Counted from the first letter of the stretch, positions 39,437 through 50,402 are shown. The stretch is DNA of 64,000 nucleotides from an uncultured Candidatus Saccharibacteria bacterium (GCA_964402215.1 CAYOAT010000003.1:29167-93166), one strand, 5' to 3'. A program made the numbers and translations. Notes: generated by a model from the sequence alone, not told the origin.

Positions 39437-40309
39437 ATGGGAAACATAAGTGATGAAAAAGTAAAAGAGTTACAATTAAAAGCTAACGAAATTCGCAAAT
39501 CTGTTATTGAGGCTTTAACAGAAGCAAAATCTGGCCATACAGCTGGTTCTCTTGGAATGGCAGACATTTTTACTTATCTCTATTTTTACGGAATGAAGCA
39601 CGATCCACAGAGACCTTTTTGGGAAGAACGTGATATTTTAGTTTTATCGAACGGACATATATGTCCAGGACTTTACGCAACATTGGCTCATGCTGGATAT
39701 TTTGGTGTAGAGGAATTACAAACATTAAGAAAACTTGGCAGTCGACTACAAGGACATCCCCATCGTGGAACTTTACCTGGAATTGAAACCACTTCTGGTC
39801 CACTTGGTTCTGGAATCTCTCAAGCAGTTGGAATGGCACTGGCTTTGAAAATTGATCAAGGTAGAGCCTCTTCTCGTTCAATTTTTTGTTTAGTTGGTGA
39901 CGGTGAATTAAATGAAGGTCAAAATTGGGAAGCTATTATGTCTGCTGCAAAATATCGTTTAAACAATATTATTTTAATTGTTGATCGAAATAATATTCAA
40001 ATTGATGGTTATACAGAGGATGTTATGCCGCTTAATAAACTGGCAGATAAATTTGAAAGTTTTAATTGGCAAGTTCAAGAAATTGATGGGCATAATTTTG
40101 AAATGGTCGATGACGCTGTTGGTCAGGCAAAATCTTTTTTTGATAAACCATCAGTAATTATTGCAAACACTATTCCAGGCAAAGGAGTTCCTGAATTTGA
40201 ACGAAAACCAGAGTGGCACGGAAAATCGCCGAATCCAAAAGAGGCGGAAAATGCGCTGAAAGAACTGCGAACGCTCGGAGGAAAAATTATTTGTGATCAA
40301 TTGAATTAA
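39437..40309 (+). CDS. Transketolase N-terminal subunit
   Basis: SGH, LSNGH, LQGHP, GDGELNEG. Confidence 0.95.
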   Translation: MGNISDEKVKELQLKANEIRKSVIEALTEAKSGHTAGSLGMADIFTYLYFYGMKHDPQRPFWEERDILVLSNGHICPGLYATLAHAGYFGVEELQTLRKLGSRLQGHPHRGTLPGIETTSGPLGSGISQAVGMALALKIDQGRASSRSIFCLVGDGELNEGQNWEAIMSAAKYRLNNIILIVDRNNIQIDGYTEDVMPLNKLADKFESFNWQVQEIDGHNFEMVDDAVGQAKSFFDKPSVIIANTIPGKGVPEFERKPEWHGKSPNPKEAENALKELRTLGGKIICDQLN

Positions 40310-40313
40310 ATTT

Positions 40314-41282
40314 ATGATAAGTAAAACAGCAAAAATAAATCCCGATGTCTTTGAATCAAACGTTTCGTTAAAACCTAATCGTGATGGTTTTGGTGATGGA
40401 GTTGTCGAGGCCGGAAAAACTGATAAAAGAATTGTTGTTTTAACTGCCGATCTTTCTGAATCAACGCGCGCAAATAAATTTGCTGAAAGTTTTCCTAATA
40501 GATTTTTTGATGTAGGTATCGCAGAACAAAACATGGTTTCTGTCGCATCAGGTCTTGCGGCGATGGGGAAGATCCCGTTTGCAACGAGCTACGCCGCATT
40601 TTCTCCGGGTAGGAATTGGGAACAAATTAGAACAACAGTTTGCTATAACAATCAGCCAGTTAAAATAATTGGTTCACACGCAGGTTTGTTTACCGGCCCA
40701 GATGGTGGAACACATCAATCTCTTGAGGATTTGGCTTTGATGCGAGTTTTGCCAAATATAGTGGTAATTTGTCCTTGTGATTACGAAGAGGCCAGGAAAG
40801 CGACAATTGCTTGTTCTACAAACAATAAACCGACTTATATCAGATTATGTCGAGAAAAAACCCCAGAAATTACAACAAAAGTGAAGGTTTTTGAATCTGA
40901 AGGCGGTAAACCATCCGTGGGAATTATCTCAACCGGAATTTTATTACATAAAGTTTTAAAAGTTGCTGATGAACTAGAACAATCAGGAACAAAAGTAGAA
41001 GTTTTAAATATTCATACAATAAAACCAATTGATGAAGAAGCAATTATTGATTTAGCAAAAAAATCCGGTGCAATTGTGACAGTAGAGGAACATCAAATTG
41101 CTGGTGGTCTTGGTAGTGCTGTTTCAGAAGTTTTAGCAAAAAATTTTCCAACACCAATAGAGTTTGTTGGAGTTAAAGATCAATATGGTCAGTCAGGTGA
41201 GGGGGAAGAGCTACTAACTGAATACGAACTTGATGAAAATGCAATTTCAAAAGCAGTTAAAAAAGTTTTAGGAAGAAAATAA
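40314..41282 (+). CDS. Transketolase C-terminal subunit
   Basis: GIAEQNM, GPDGGTHQ, VEEHQIAGGLG. Confidence 0.95.
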   Translation: MISKTAKINPDVFESNVSLKPNRDGFGDGVVEAGKTDKRIVVLTADLSESTRANKFAESFPNRFFDVGIAEQNMVSVASGLAAMGKIPFATSYAAFSPGRNWEQIRTTVCYNNQPVKIIGSHAGLFTGPDGGTHQSLEDLALMRVLPNIVVICPCDYEEARKATIACSTNNKPTYIRLCREKTPEITTKVKVFESEGGKPSVGIISTGILLHKVLKVADELEQSGTKVEVLNIHTIKPIDEEAIIDLAKKSGAIVTVEEHQIAGGLGSAVSEVLAKNFPTPIEFVGVKDQYGQSGEGEELLTEYELDENAISKAVKKVLGRK

Positions 41283-41341
41283 AAAATCCGGCGATATGCC
41301 GGTTTTTATTAAATCTAACTTTCAATTACAATTTTATTTGC

Positions 41342-41491
41342 CTAAAATTCCTTAATTTCCTCGTGAAAATTTTTAATAGTTTCAACTCCTAATTCAAGTA
41401 CAAACAAAAAACCAACAAATATCCAGTAAACTAGTAGCATCGCTCCAACTATTGGCCAGAGAATGTAATAAATAATCGTTCCGAAATTCAT
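41342..41491 (-). CDS. 49-aa membrane protein missing from the ORF track
   Basis: MNFGTIIYYILWPIVGAMLLVYWIFVGFLFVLELGVETIKNFHEEIKEF*, GGGAG RBS, directly after the pfkB-family gene. Confidence 0.55.
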   Translation of the reverse strand: MNFGTIIYYILWPIVGAMLLVYWIFVGFLFVLELGVETIKNFHEEIKEF

Positions 41492-41501
41492 ACTCCCTAA
41501 A

Positions 41502-42503
41502 TTAAATTAATGATGGTTTGTAATAACTCGGTGCTTTTTCTAATAGTGCAAGCAATTCATTCTTTGAGAGATGTCCCGCTTGAGCACCGATGTATTGTAC
41601 TACATTCATTGAATTTATTGGACCCCACATAAGTGCTTCTTCCGTTGTTTTTCCAAGAGCGAGTGCAACTGTAAAAGTACTTGAGAACGCGTCGCCTGCG
41701 CCTGTTCGACTAATTGGAGGTTTTGGATCTGGATACATTTTGCCTTGTAAATATTTTTTTCCATCAAAAACATATGCGCCGTTTGGTCCATCTGTAATAA
41801 CTACAGTTTTAGGTCCGGCTTCATGAATTCCTGAAAGTAGATTTTTAATGTCAGAATCTTTTGTTTTTAAAATACTCTGGGCTTCTTCTTTGTTGCAGAA
41901 GAAAATTTCTGTGACTTCGTACAAATCTTTTAATTCTTCTTTACCTAATTTAATTTGGAATGTTCCAGGCTGAAAAGCTAATTTTGTTTCAGGATGTTTT
42001 TTTAAATATTTTGCAATTTCGTGGTGATGTTCCAGAGAATTGTTAGCAAGGGAACTCAAGTACATCCATCTTGGTCCCGGAGCAATATCAGGAAATTTAT
42101 AATCATACTCATTATGATGAACTAGAATTGTTCTCTCTTCTCTATAGCGCAAAATGTAGTTGTGATTTGACTTGTGACCACGATGAATTGTGACATATTT
42201 AGTATCAATATTATTTTCTCTCAAAGCCAAAAGAATTTGTGATCCATTAAAATCGTCACCAATGTTTGTAACGATTCCGGTTCGTAAGCCAAGTTTCATC
42301 GCTGCGTGAACTGCGTTCGGCGCGTTTCCAGCCGCAGGAATGGTTACTTCATCCTGGTAGGGAGTTTTACCACCAAATTTCATACACAATTCTTTTGATT
42401 TTTCTGGGTTATCGGTTTCGATCCATGCGTCTATTAATTCTATAAAAGTGTCGACGACAACATCGCCGACACCTAAAAAGTCAATTTGTTCATCGCTGTT
42501 CAT
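41502..42503 (-). CDS. PfkB-family carbohydrate kinase
   Basis: AGNAPN, TGAGDAF. Confidence 0.92.
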   Translation of the reverse strand: MNSDEQIDFLGVGDVVVDTFIELIDAWIETDNPEKSKELCMKFGGKTPYQDEVTIPAAGNAPNAVHAAMKLGLRTGIVTNIGDDFNGSQILLALRENNIDTKYVTIHRGHKSNHNYILRYREERTILVHHNEYDYKFPDIAPGPRWMYLSSLANNSLEHHHEIAKYLKKHPETKLAFQPGTFQIKLGKEELKDLYEVTEIFFCNKEEAQSILKTKDSDIKNLLSGIHEAGPKTVVITDGPNGAYVFDGKKYLQGKMYPDPKPPISRTGAGDAFSSTFTVALALGKTTEEALMWGPINSMNVVQYIGAQAGHLSKNELLALLEKAPSYYKPSLI

Positions 42504-42520
42504 ATATACATTATTTTAAC

Positions 42521-43588
42521 ATGAAAATATTTGTTTCTGTTATAATTAACAATATGGAAAAAGATAATCTAAATAAAAAATTATTAGAACAAATTGTTGC
42601 GCAATTAATGACTAAAAGTAAGGGTATTCTGGCAGCTGATGAATCAAATGAGACAGCAGGGAAAAGATTAGCTGAAATAGGAGTTCAAAATACCGAAGAA
42701 AATCGAAGGCTTTTCCGGGAACTATTTTTTGGAATGGCTGATATAGAAAAATATATTAGCGGTGTAATTCTTTATGATGAAACTTTTTGGCAAGAATCAG
42801 ATAATGGAGTTAAATATCCAAAATTTCTAGCAGATAAAGATATTTTGCCTGGAATAAAAATCGATCTCGGTGCAAAAGATTTTCCCGGTTTTCCAGGTGA
42901 AAAATTGACTGTTGGTTTGGATGACTTACCAGTTCGAGTAAAAAAATATGCAGAAAATGGAGCAATGTTCGTAAAGTGGCGAGCGGTTATTACGATTGAT
43001 GAGCCTAATAATTTACCAACTGATGAGGCAATTGATGCAAATGCCGATACGTTGGGTAGATACGCTAGGATTTGTCAGGAAGCCGGCCTAGTTCCAATTA
43101 TTGAACCGGAAGTTTTACTTGATGGCCCACATTCAATTTTAAAATCTGAGGAAGTTACTCGAGTTGTTCTTAAAAAAGTTTTTGGAAGTTTAAAAAAATA
43201 CAAAGCACATGTTCCAGGTTTAATTTTAAAGACCAGTATGGTTATTCAGGGTAATAAAAATCCCGACGAAAACTCTCCAAAGGAAATTGCTGATGCAACG
43301 GTTCGTGTATTACTTGAAATCGTGCCAAAAAATATTGGAGGAGTCGTGTTTTTGTCAGGAGGTCAAACACCGGTAGAAGCCTCGGCTCATTTCGATGCAA
43401 TTGCAGAAAAAGAACCGCTGCCATTTGAAATTGCTTTCTCATACGCTAGAGCTTTACAGGGTCCCGTAATACAAATTTGGAAAGGAAAACCAGAAAATGT
43501 GGCAGCTGCTCGTGCGGAATTCAAAAAACGTCTTGAACTTAATACTCTTGCAGATTCAGGGGATTACGATATTGGTTTAGAATATTAA
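42521..43588 (+). CDS. Class I fructose-bisphosphate aldolase (likely start MEKDN)
   Basis: GILAADES, KWRAV, PIIEPEVL, FLSGGQ, FSYARALQ. Confidence 0.95.
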   Translation: MKIFVSVIINNMEKDNLNKKLLEQIVAQLMTKSKGILAADESNETAGKRLAEIGVQNTEENRRLFRELFFGMADIEKYISGVILYDETFWQESDNGVKYPKFLADKDILPGIKIDLGAKDFPGFPGEKLTVGLDDLPVRVKKYAENGAMFVKWRAVITIDEPNNLPTDEAIDANADTLGRYARICQEAGLVPIIEPEVLLDGPHSILKSEEVTRVVLKKVFGSLKKYKAHVPGLILKTSMVIQGNKNPDENSPKEIADATVRVLLEIVPKNIGGVVFLSGGQTPVEASAHFDAIAEKEPLPFEIAFSYARALQGPVIQIWKGKPENVAAARAEFKKRLELNTLADSGDYDIGLEY

Positions 43589-43641
43589 GATTAAATCACC
43601 ACAAACTGATATTGCTATTTCAAAATATCTATGTATAATCA

Positions 43642-44322
43642 TTGTTCATGATTGAATTACAAGTAGAAAAAAGAGACAGCAAAGAAAACAGCGTTGTTCT
43701 TAGAAAAAAAGGCTTTATTCCGGCTATATTTTATGGTCCAAAAGAAAAAGCAACTCCTATTAAAATAAAAGAAGGAAGTTTCCTAAGTTTGTATGAAACT
43801 GCTGGTGAATCTGCTGTTGTCGGTTTGAAACTTGAATCAGATGAACACGAAGCTCTAATCCACGATGTACAATTTGACGCTGTTTCAGGTCGTCCAATTC
43901 ACGCTGACTTTTATATAATTGAAAAAGGAAAGAAAATCGAAGTTTCAATTCCTCTACACTTTATTGGTGAATCTGCTGCCGAAAAAAATCTTGGTGGTAT
44001 TTTGATAAAAGTTATTCACGAGCTTGATATCAAGGCAATGCCAAAAGATTTACCAGCACATATTGATGTTGATATTAGCTCTCTTGTTGATTTCACTTCA
44101 AAAATTAAAACTGCTGATATCAAACTTCCAGCCGGTGTAGAACTTGATATAGATGAAAACGAAGTTGTTGTTCTTGTTCAAGAACCAAAGGAGGAAGTTG
44201 AAGAAGCTCCTGCTCCTATCGATCTTGAATCTATTGAAGTTGAAGCAAGGGGTAAGAAAGAAGAGGAAGGTGCTGAAGGCGCAGAGGCTGCTTCTGCCGG
44301 AGCTGCAAAAGAAGCTAAATAA
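43642..44322 (+). CDS. rplY: 50S ribosomal protein L25/Ctc
   Basis: IPAIFYG, IHADFY, acidic tail. Confidence 0.93.
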   Translation: MFMIELQVEKRDSKENSVVLRKKGFIPAIFYGPKEKATPIKIKEGSFLSLYETAGESAVVGLKLESDEHEALIHDVQFDAVSGRPIHADFYIIEKGKKIEVSIPLHFIGESAAEKNLGGILIKVIHELDIKAMPKDLPAHIDVDISSLVDFTSKIKTADIKLPAGVELDIDENEVVVLVQEPKEEVEEAPAPIDLESIEVEARGKKEEEGAEGAEAASAGAAKEAK

Positions 44323-44370
44323 TCTGGGTCGGAATAATTTCCAAGATGATGATATAATTAATGACGCTGT

Positions 44371-45756
44371 ATGGCGTCATTTTTTTTAACGGATAAAAAA
44401 TTGTGTTTAAGGGCAATTTTATTAATTGTTCTTGCAATTTTTATACTTAATTTTGGTCATTCTTTTGTTTCTGCAGCGACACTTAGTAAGAGCGATGAAC
44501 GCGAAAGAGCTAATTTACAGGAAGAATTGGATAAACTTGAAGAAGAAAGAAAGGAACTAGAAGCGACACTAAATAAACAAAAAGGAGAATCGGCATCTAT
44601 TCAAGGTGATATTGGTATTTTGGCGAATCAAATATACCAGGCTGAATTAAATATCAAGAAAAAAAATCTAGAAATAGAAAGGTTAAGTGGAGTAATTTCT
44701 TTAAAAAAAGAAACAATTGATGAGTTAAATGAACAAATGTCTGATAGCAAGATGATTTTGGCTGAATTGATTCGTAGAAAAAATGGCACAGATAATACTT
44801 CACTACCAGAGATTTTGTTGGTAAGTGACAATTTGTCAGATTTCTTTTCAGAAGTTGACTCTTATTCAAGTTTAAATAAACAATTACAAAATCTTTTTTA
44901 TAAAATTCAAGAAATTGCCGCCAAAACTCAAACTGAAAAAGAGCAATTGGCTTCTCAACAGGCAAAAGAGCTTGATGCAAAATATGTTATTCAATCTGAA
45001 AAACAAGTAATAAATTCAAAAAAATCTGAAAAAAATAATTTATTAGCAGTTAGTAAACAATCTGAGGCAACTTATCAGCAAGTTTTAACCGAGAAAGAAA
45101 TTGAAATTGCAAAAATTCGTTCGGCGCTAATAAAATTTGAAGGTTCCGGTGTTACAGGAAAATCTATTTCTTTCGGAGAGGCATATGATTTTGCAAAATC
45201 TGCATCTCAGAAAACGGCTGTACGAGCTGCATTTATTATGGCGATCATGCAACAAGAATCCGGTTTCGGTAGAAATGTTGGAGGTTGTTATGTTTTGAAT
45301 GGAGATACTGGTGATGGTATTTACATAAGTTCTGGTTCTCCATCAATTAGAAATATGGTACCGGGAAATTTTGATAACTTTGTTAATATTACAAAATCAC
45401 TGGGAATGGATTGGAAATCAACACCTATTTCTTGTACTGCTTATTACAATGGAAAACCATATGGATACGGTGGAGCAATGGGTTACACACAATTTATTCC
45501 AAATACCTGGATGTTAGTGGAGGCTCGTGTTAGAAGTTATTTGGGTATTAGTGTTGCAAATCCATGGGAAGCCAGAGATGCCGTTATGGCTACGGCTGTA
45601 TTTTTGCAGGATCTTGGTGCGGCTCAACAAACGTATTCTGCAGAGTATAACGCCGCATGTCGATATTATGGTTCATGTGCTATTCACGGATACGGTACTA
45701 GTGTTATGCAAAAAGCTATTAATATTCAAGTGATGATTAATAAGTTGGAAGATTAA
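44371..45756 (+). CDS. Secreted coiled-coil protein with a lytic transglycosylase-like domain
   Basis: Signal peptide, long coiled coil, AIMQQESGFG and GGAMGYTQFIPNTW. Confidence 0.8.
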   Translation: MASFFLTDKKLCLRAILLIVLAIFILNFGHSFVSAATLSKSDERERANLQEELDKLEEERKELEATLNKQKGESASIQGDIGILANQIYQAELNIKKKNLEIERLSGVISLKKETIDELNEQMSDSKMILAELIRRKNGTDNTSLPEILLVSDNLSDFFSEVDSYSSLNKQLQNLFYKIQEIAAKTQTEKEQLASQQAKELDAKYVIQSEKQVINSKKSEKNNLLAVSKQSEATYQQVLTEKEIEIAKIRSALIKFEGSGVTGKSISFGEAYDFAKSASQKTAVRAAFIMAIMQQESGFGRNVGGCYVLNGDTGDGIYISSGSPSIRNMVPGNFDNFVNITKSLGMDWKSTPISCTAYYNGKPYGYGGAMGYTQFIPNTWMLVEARVRSYLGISVANPWEARDAVMATAVFLQDLGAAQQTYSAEYNAACRYYGSCAIHGYGTSVMQKAINIQVMINKLED

Positions 45757-45807
45757 TTTAATTTTATTGTTATAATATCTCTATTATTAAATTAAGTACT
45801 TTTATAT

Positions 45808-47268
45808 ATGTTATTTAAAAATTTAAATCATTCGAATAAGCAGAAGGGTTTCACTCTCCTTGAATTGCTTTTGGTGATTGCAATCATTGCAATACTTGCT
45901 GCAATTGTCATCGTCGCAATTAATCCTGCTCGACAATTAGCCCAAGCTAGAAATGCACAACGAGCCAGTGATTTAAATGCGCTTCATAAAGCTGTTCAAC
46001 AATACTATATTGATGAAGGAGAATGGCCAGCAGATGGTAATAATGAATTAGATGCTGTTCTAGAAGATATCTGTGGTACGGGCGTTAATACAAGCTGTAT
46101 AGATCTTGAGGCTGTTCTTGTCCCCACATATATTCCTGCTATGCCAGTGAATCCATCAGGCGGTGCTTATCAAATTGCTCTTAATGATAATGGAAAACTA
46201 GAATTAGCCGCTGAAGGTTCTGGTGAACAAGATTTAACTCCTGTTGTCATTGGAACTACTACTGCTGTTGTGACGGTTGGTGGTGGAGGTGATGATCCTG
46301 AGTGTTCTGACGGTGAAGATAACGATGGTGATGAAGCGATTGATTATGACGATGGAAATGGCGACCCAGATTGTACTTCTGATTCTGATGATAACGAGAC
46401 TGGCGCAGTTGTTGTTGCATGTGAAGCGACTGGTGGAACAATAGATACATCAAGCGTTCCGGGCTATAAAATACATATTTTCGATACAGTGGGTAGTGAT
46501 ACTTTCAATGTTAATTCGGAAAGTTGTGAAATTGATATTGTAGTCGTCGCAGGCGGTGGAGGTGGTGGTGGTTTTTATCACGCCGGCGGTGGAGGTGCCG
46601 GTGGAGTAGTTTATTCTCCAGGTGGTATTGTTGAAATCGGTAGTTATGCCATTACTGTTGGGTCTGGAGGTTCAGGTGGAGAAGGTGAAATTGATTCAGC
46701 AGGGGTCTCGGGAGGTGATTCTAGTTTTGATGATTATATTGCATATGGCGGTGGCGGAGGAGGAACATTTCATTCGTATTCACCTGCAAGTGATGGCGGT
46801 TCAGGTGGTGGTGCAGGATGGTTTTCGACTACCCTTGGAGGAAACGCAGATCCCTTGGATCAAGGTAATGATGGTGGTTCACATTTACCTGGACATCAAG
46901 ATGATTCGAGAGCTGCTTCTGGTGGTGGAGGAGCTGGAAGTGTCGGTGAAAGCGCACCAATATTTTCACCATATCTAAAATCAGGCGACGGTGGAGTTGG
47001 TGTTGATTTTTCAAGTATATTTGGCTACAGCATAGGTGATGATGGATGGTTTGCAGGTGGTGGCGGTGGAGGTGGACACATGGGTTATTCTCAGCCTACT
47101 CATGCTGGACATGGAGGTTTGGGTGGTGGTGGCGATGGTTCAGATAATAGTAGTCCTGCTAGTTCTGGAATTTCTGGAACCGGTGGTGGTGGAGGCGGAA
47201 CAGGTGTAGAGGGTAGTGACGGTGGTTCTGGTGGCTCTGGAATTGTTATTGTTAGATACGCAATATAA
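45808..47268 (+). CDS. Type IV pilin-like protein with a glycine-rich C-terminal domain
   Basis: KGFTLLELLLVIAII; GGGGAGG repeats ending GGSGIVIVRY. Confidence 0.9.
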   Translation: MLFKNLNHSNKQKGFTLLELLLVIAIIAILAAIVIVAINPARQLAQARNAQRASDLNALHKAVQQYYIDEGEWPADGNNELDAVLEDICGTGVNTSCIDLEAVLVPTYIPAMPVNPSGGAYQIALNDNGKLELAAEGSGEQDLTPVVIGTTTAVVTVGGGGDDPECSDGEDNDGDEAIDYDDGNGDPDCTSDSDDNETGAVVVACEATGGTIDTSSVPGYKIHIFDTVGSDTFNVNSESCEIDIVVVAGGGGGGGFYHAGGGGAGGVVYSPGGIVEIGSYAITVGSGGSGGEGEIDSAGVSGGDSSFDDYIAYGGGGGGTFHSYSPASDGGSGGGAGWFSTTLGGNADPLDQGNDGGSHLPGHQDDSRAASGGGGAGSVGESAPIFSPYLKSGDGGVGVDFSSIFGYSIGDDGWFAGGGGGGGHMGYSQPTHAGHGGLGGGGDGSDNSSPASSGISGTGGGGGGTGVEGSDGGSGGSGIVIVRYAI

Positions 47269-47329
47269 TTTATTTTGTTACGTATAAAATATTGCAAATC
47301 TAATCTTATTTTGATATAGTCAATCGGCA

Positions 47330-47596
47330 ATGAAAAAAGATATACATCCAGAAGGACATAGAGATATCATCTTTGTCGACGACTCAAGCGGCGAGCGTTT
47401 TCTTATTTCATCTACTTTAAAAACAGAAAAAACAGAAAAATGGACTGACGGTAAAGAGTACCCATCTGTTCATGTCGAAATTTCAAGCGCCTCACATCCT
47501 TTTTATACTGGTCGCGAAAATATTGTTGACACTGCCGGTCGAGTTGAGAAATTCAAAAACCGCGCTCTTAAATCAAGTAAACCAAAAAAGGCTTAA
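47330..47596 (+). CDS. rpmE2: 50S ribosomal protein L31 type B
   Basis: [19 protein letters not shown], no Cys. Confidence 0.93.
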   Translation: MKKDIHPEGHRDIIFVDDSSGERFLISSTLKTEKTEKWTDGKEYPSVHVEISSASHPFYTGRENIVDTAGRVEKFKNRALKSSKPKKA

Positions 47597-47654
47597 CCAC
47601 TCCACTTAGTTAGAAATCAGAAACAAACTTCTGATTTTTTGTTATATTAAACAC

Positions 47655-48611
47655 ATGGAATTATCTGAATATAAAAAAAATCCAAAAACAAAATTTATCG
47701 CCGAAGAATACGAACGTCTTTTAAATAAAAAAAACGAGGCTTTATCTTTGTCAGAAAATGATGCAGAAATGCGTGAAATGGCCGAGGAAGAAATAAAAGA
47801 ACTAGATACTCAACTTGCAGATGTCAAAAAACAAATTGATGATATTTTGGAATCAGAAAAAGAAGAAATTGAATATCCAAACGAAATTTTACTTGAAATT
47901 CGTGCGGGCGCTGGTGGTGATGAGGCCTCTTTATTTGCTGCTGAATTATCAAATATGTACATTCGTTTTGCCGAGAGAAATGGCTGGCAAGTTGAAAGAA
48001 TTTCTGATTCCGAGAATGACGCGGGAGGATACAAAGAAGTTACCTTTGAAATTCATGGCCAGGGAGTTTATAAAAAAATGATGCAGGAAACTGGCGTCCA
48101 CCGTGTACAAAGAGTTCCTATTACAGAAAAGCTTGGCCGAGTACATACTTCGACTGCTTCAGTCGCGATTTTGCCAATTCGTAAGAATATTAAATTTGTA
48201 TTAAATTTGTCTGAATTAGAGTTTGAAACTTCACGTGCAGGAGGAAAGGGGGGCCAAAATGTTAACAAAGTTGAAACCGCCGTTCGAGTAATTCATAAAC
48301 CAACAGGCTTGGCTGTTCGTTCTACTTCCCAACGCAGTCAGCTTAAAAACAAAGAAACAGCCATGGGAATTTTGTCAGCAAAGCTGGATCAGCTACAAAG
48401 GGAAGAAGAAAACAAAAAATTTGGCGCAGAGCGCAATAGTCAAATTGGAACCAGCGATCGTTCAGAAAAAATAAGAACTTATAATTTTCCTCAAAACCGT
48501 GTTACAGATCACAGAATTAATGAATCGTTTCATAATTTGGAAGGAATTATGGACGGTGAATTAGACGATATTATTGAATTATTTAATAAGGAAACTCCAA
48601 AGGCAGAGTAA
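47655..48611 (+). CDS. prfA: Peptide chain release factor 1
   Basis: HRVQRVPIT (PxT), [13 protein letters not shown]. Confidence 0.93.
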   Translation: MELSEYKKNPKTKFIAEEYERLLNKKNEALSLSENDAEMREMAEEEIKELDTQLADVKKQIDDILESEKEEIEYPNEILLEIRAGAGGDEASLFAAELSNMYIRFAERNGWQVERISDSENDAGGYKEVTFEIHGQGVYKKMMQETGVHRVQRVPITEKLGRVHTSTASVAILPIRKNIKFVLNLSELEFETSRAGGKGGQNVNKVETAVRVIHKPTGLAVRSTSQRSQLKNKETAMGILSAKLDQLQREEENKKFGAERNSQIGTSDRSEKIRTYNFPQNRVTDHRINESFHNLEGIMDGELDDIIELFNKETPKAE

Positions 48612-48650
48612 CTTGCCATTCGGAGCCTTATTTGTTAGACTCATCCCTAC

Positions 48651-49376
48651 ATGATTTTCGCAAAAGAGCAAAAAAAAGATCAAATAAAAGAGATGTTTGA
48701 AGTCGGAGCACATTTCGGCTATGCAAAGTCTCGCCGACATCCTTCAACAATGTCTTATATATTAGGTAGAAAAAATGGTGTTGAAATTTTTGATTTGGAA
48801 AAAGTTGAAAAGAAATTAAATGCAGCTAAAGATTTTGTTACAAAACTTGCGAGTGAAGGAAGACAAATTCTATTTGTCGGTGGAAAAATTGAAGCTCAAA
48901 GAATTATAAGAGAAATTGCAGAAAAGATAGAAATGCCTTATGTTGCTGGTCGTTGGATTGGAGGAACTTTAACTAACTTTGAACAAATCCGAAAAAGAAT
49001 TAATCGTTTTATTGAACTTTCTGATCAGAGAGATAAAGGTCTACTTGGTAAATATACTAAGAAAGAAAGACTATTAATCGATCGCGAGATTGTAAAGCTT
49101 GAAACTGCTTTTGGTGGAATTGTTAATATGGAAAGAAAACCAGCTGCAATGTTTATAATTGATGCTGATAGAGAGAAAAATGCACGAGACGAAGCTATAA
49201 AAATGAAAGTTCCAATCATTAGTTTATGTAGTACTGATTGTAATATTGCTCTTGTTAAATACCCAATTCCTGCGAATGACTCTTCAATAAAGAGTATTTC
49301 ATACTTTGCAAATGAAATCGCGACTACTTATAAAGACAATAAGAACAAGAAAACTTTCAAGCCTGAATTAAAGTAA
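48651..49376 (+). CDS. rpsB: 30S ribosomal protein S2
   Basis: GAHFG, RWIGGTLTN, PIPAND. Confidence 0.97.
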   Translation: MIFAKEQKKDQIKEMFEVGAHFGYAKSRRHPSTMSYILGRKNGVEIFDLEKVEKKLNAAKDFVTKLASEGRQILFVGGKIEAQRIIREIAEKIEMPYVAGRWIGGTLTNFEQIRKRINRFIELSDQRDKGLLGKYTKKERLLIDREIVKLETAFGGIVNMERKPAAMFIIDADREKNARDEAIKMKVPIISLCSTDCNIALVKYPIPANDSSIKSISYFANEIATTYKDNKNKKTFKPELK

Positions 49377-49436
49377 CTTTTTCTCTAAAAAGTGATAGAA
49401 TAATTCTTGCTGTTTATTATTTAATTAATTTTTATT

Positions 49437-50024
49437 ATGGCAATTACAACCGAGCAAATAAAGGAATTAAGAGACGCAACGAAAGTTTCAGTTATGCAGT
49501 GTAAAAAAGCTTTAGAAGAAGCAGAAGGTGATATCGAAAAAGCAAAAATTATTTTAAGAAAACAAAGTGCTATCACTGCTTCAAAAAAAGCTGAGAGAAC
49601 ATTGAATGCTGGAGTCGTTGCTTCTTATATTCATTCAGGAGGTAATGTTGGTGCCATGATTGAATTATTTTCTGAAACTGATTTCGTTTCAAAGAATGAA
49701 GAATTCAAAGTTCTTGCAAGAGAAATTGCCATGCAAGTTGCTGCGACTGCTCCTGAATTTGTTAAACCAGAAGATATCGATGAAAATTCAATGGTCAAAG
49801 CTAAAGAATTATTTGAAAAAGAGGCCGAAGGTAAACCTGCAGATATCAAAGAAAAGATTGTTGCTGGAAAACTAGATGCATATTTTGCTGAAAAAACTCT
49901 TATTAATCAGCCATACATAAAGAATCCGGAAACAACAATAAAAAATTTAATTAATGAAGCAACCCTAAAATTTGGAGAAAAAATTGAAGTGGGTCGCATC
50001 TCTAGGTTCTCGGTGTTAGGATAA
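49437..50024 (+). CDS. tsf: Elongation factor Ts (short form)
   Basis: IKELRDAT, CKKAL, ETDFV. Confidence 0.96.
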   Translation: MAITTEQIKELRDATKVSVMQCKKALEEAEGDIEKAKIILRKQSAITASKKAERTLNAGVVASYIHSGGNVGAMIELFSETDFVSKNEEFKVLAREIAMQVAATAPEFVKPEDIDENSMVKAKELFEKEAEGKPADIKEKIVAGKLDAYFAEKTLINQPYIKNPETTIKNLINEATLKFGEKIEVGRISRFSVLG

Positions 50025-50028
50025 TACC

Positions 50029-50400
50029 ATGTCAATTCTAATCTGGTTTTTTGTTATATCACTTGCTTTTCTATCGGTGATGATTTCATATCGAGCATAT
50101 GAAATTAAAAAAAACAGATCAATCATTTCTTTGGAATTTAGAAATAAAGTTGATGGTATTGTTATAAAACTTTTGTCTCGATCGATTATATTTTTTAATC
50201 GACTCTATATTAGAATAAAATTATTTTTTGCAAATTTGACTCATTCATTTTATGAAAAGTTACATTTTGCATGGCGCAAACTTTCTGGTAAGGTAGACAG
50301 GTATTTATTGAAATTAAAGGGTCGTAGAAATATTGGAAAAAAAGGCTCAGTTTCGATATACTGGCAGCAAGTGACAAAAAAGACGGAGGACGATAATTAA
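50029..50400 (+). CDS. Basic membrane-anchored hypothetical protein
   Basis: N-terminal TM, 123 aa. Confidence 0.65.
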   Translation: MSILIWFFVISLAFLSVMISYRAYEIKKNRSIISLEFRNKVDGIVIKLLSRSIIFFNRLYIRIKLFFANLTHSFYEKLHFAWRKLSGKVDRYLLKLKGRRNIGKKGSVSIYWQQVTKKTEDDN

Positions 50401-50402
50401 TC

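Noticed and set aside
40855-40900. Apparently short linker in the transketolase C-terminal subunit
   Set aside because: In frame and in a variable interdomain region; cannot be judged without an alignment.
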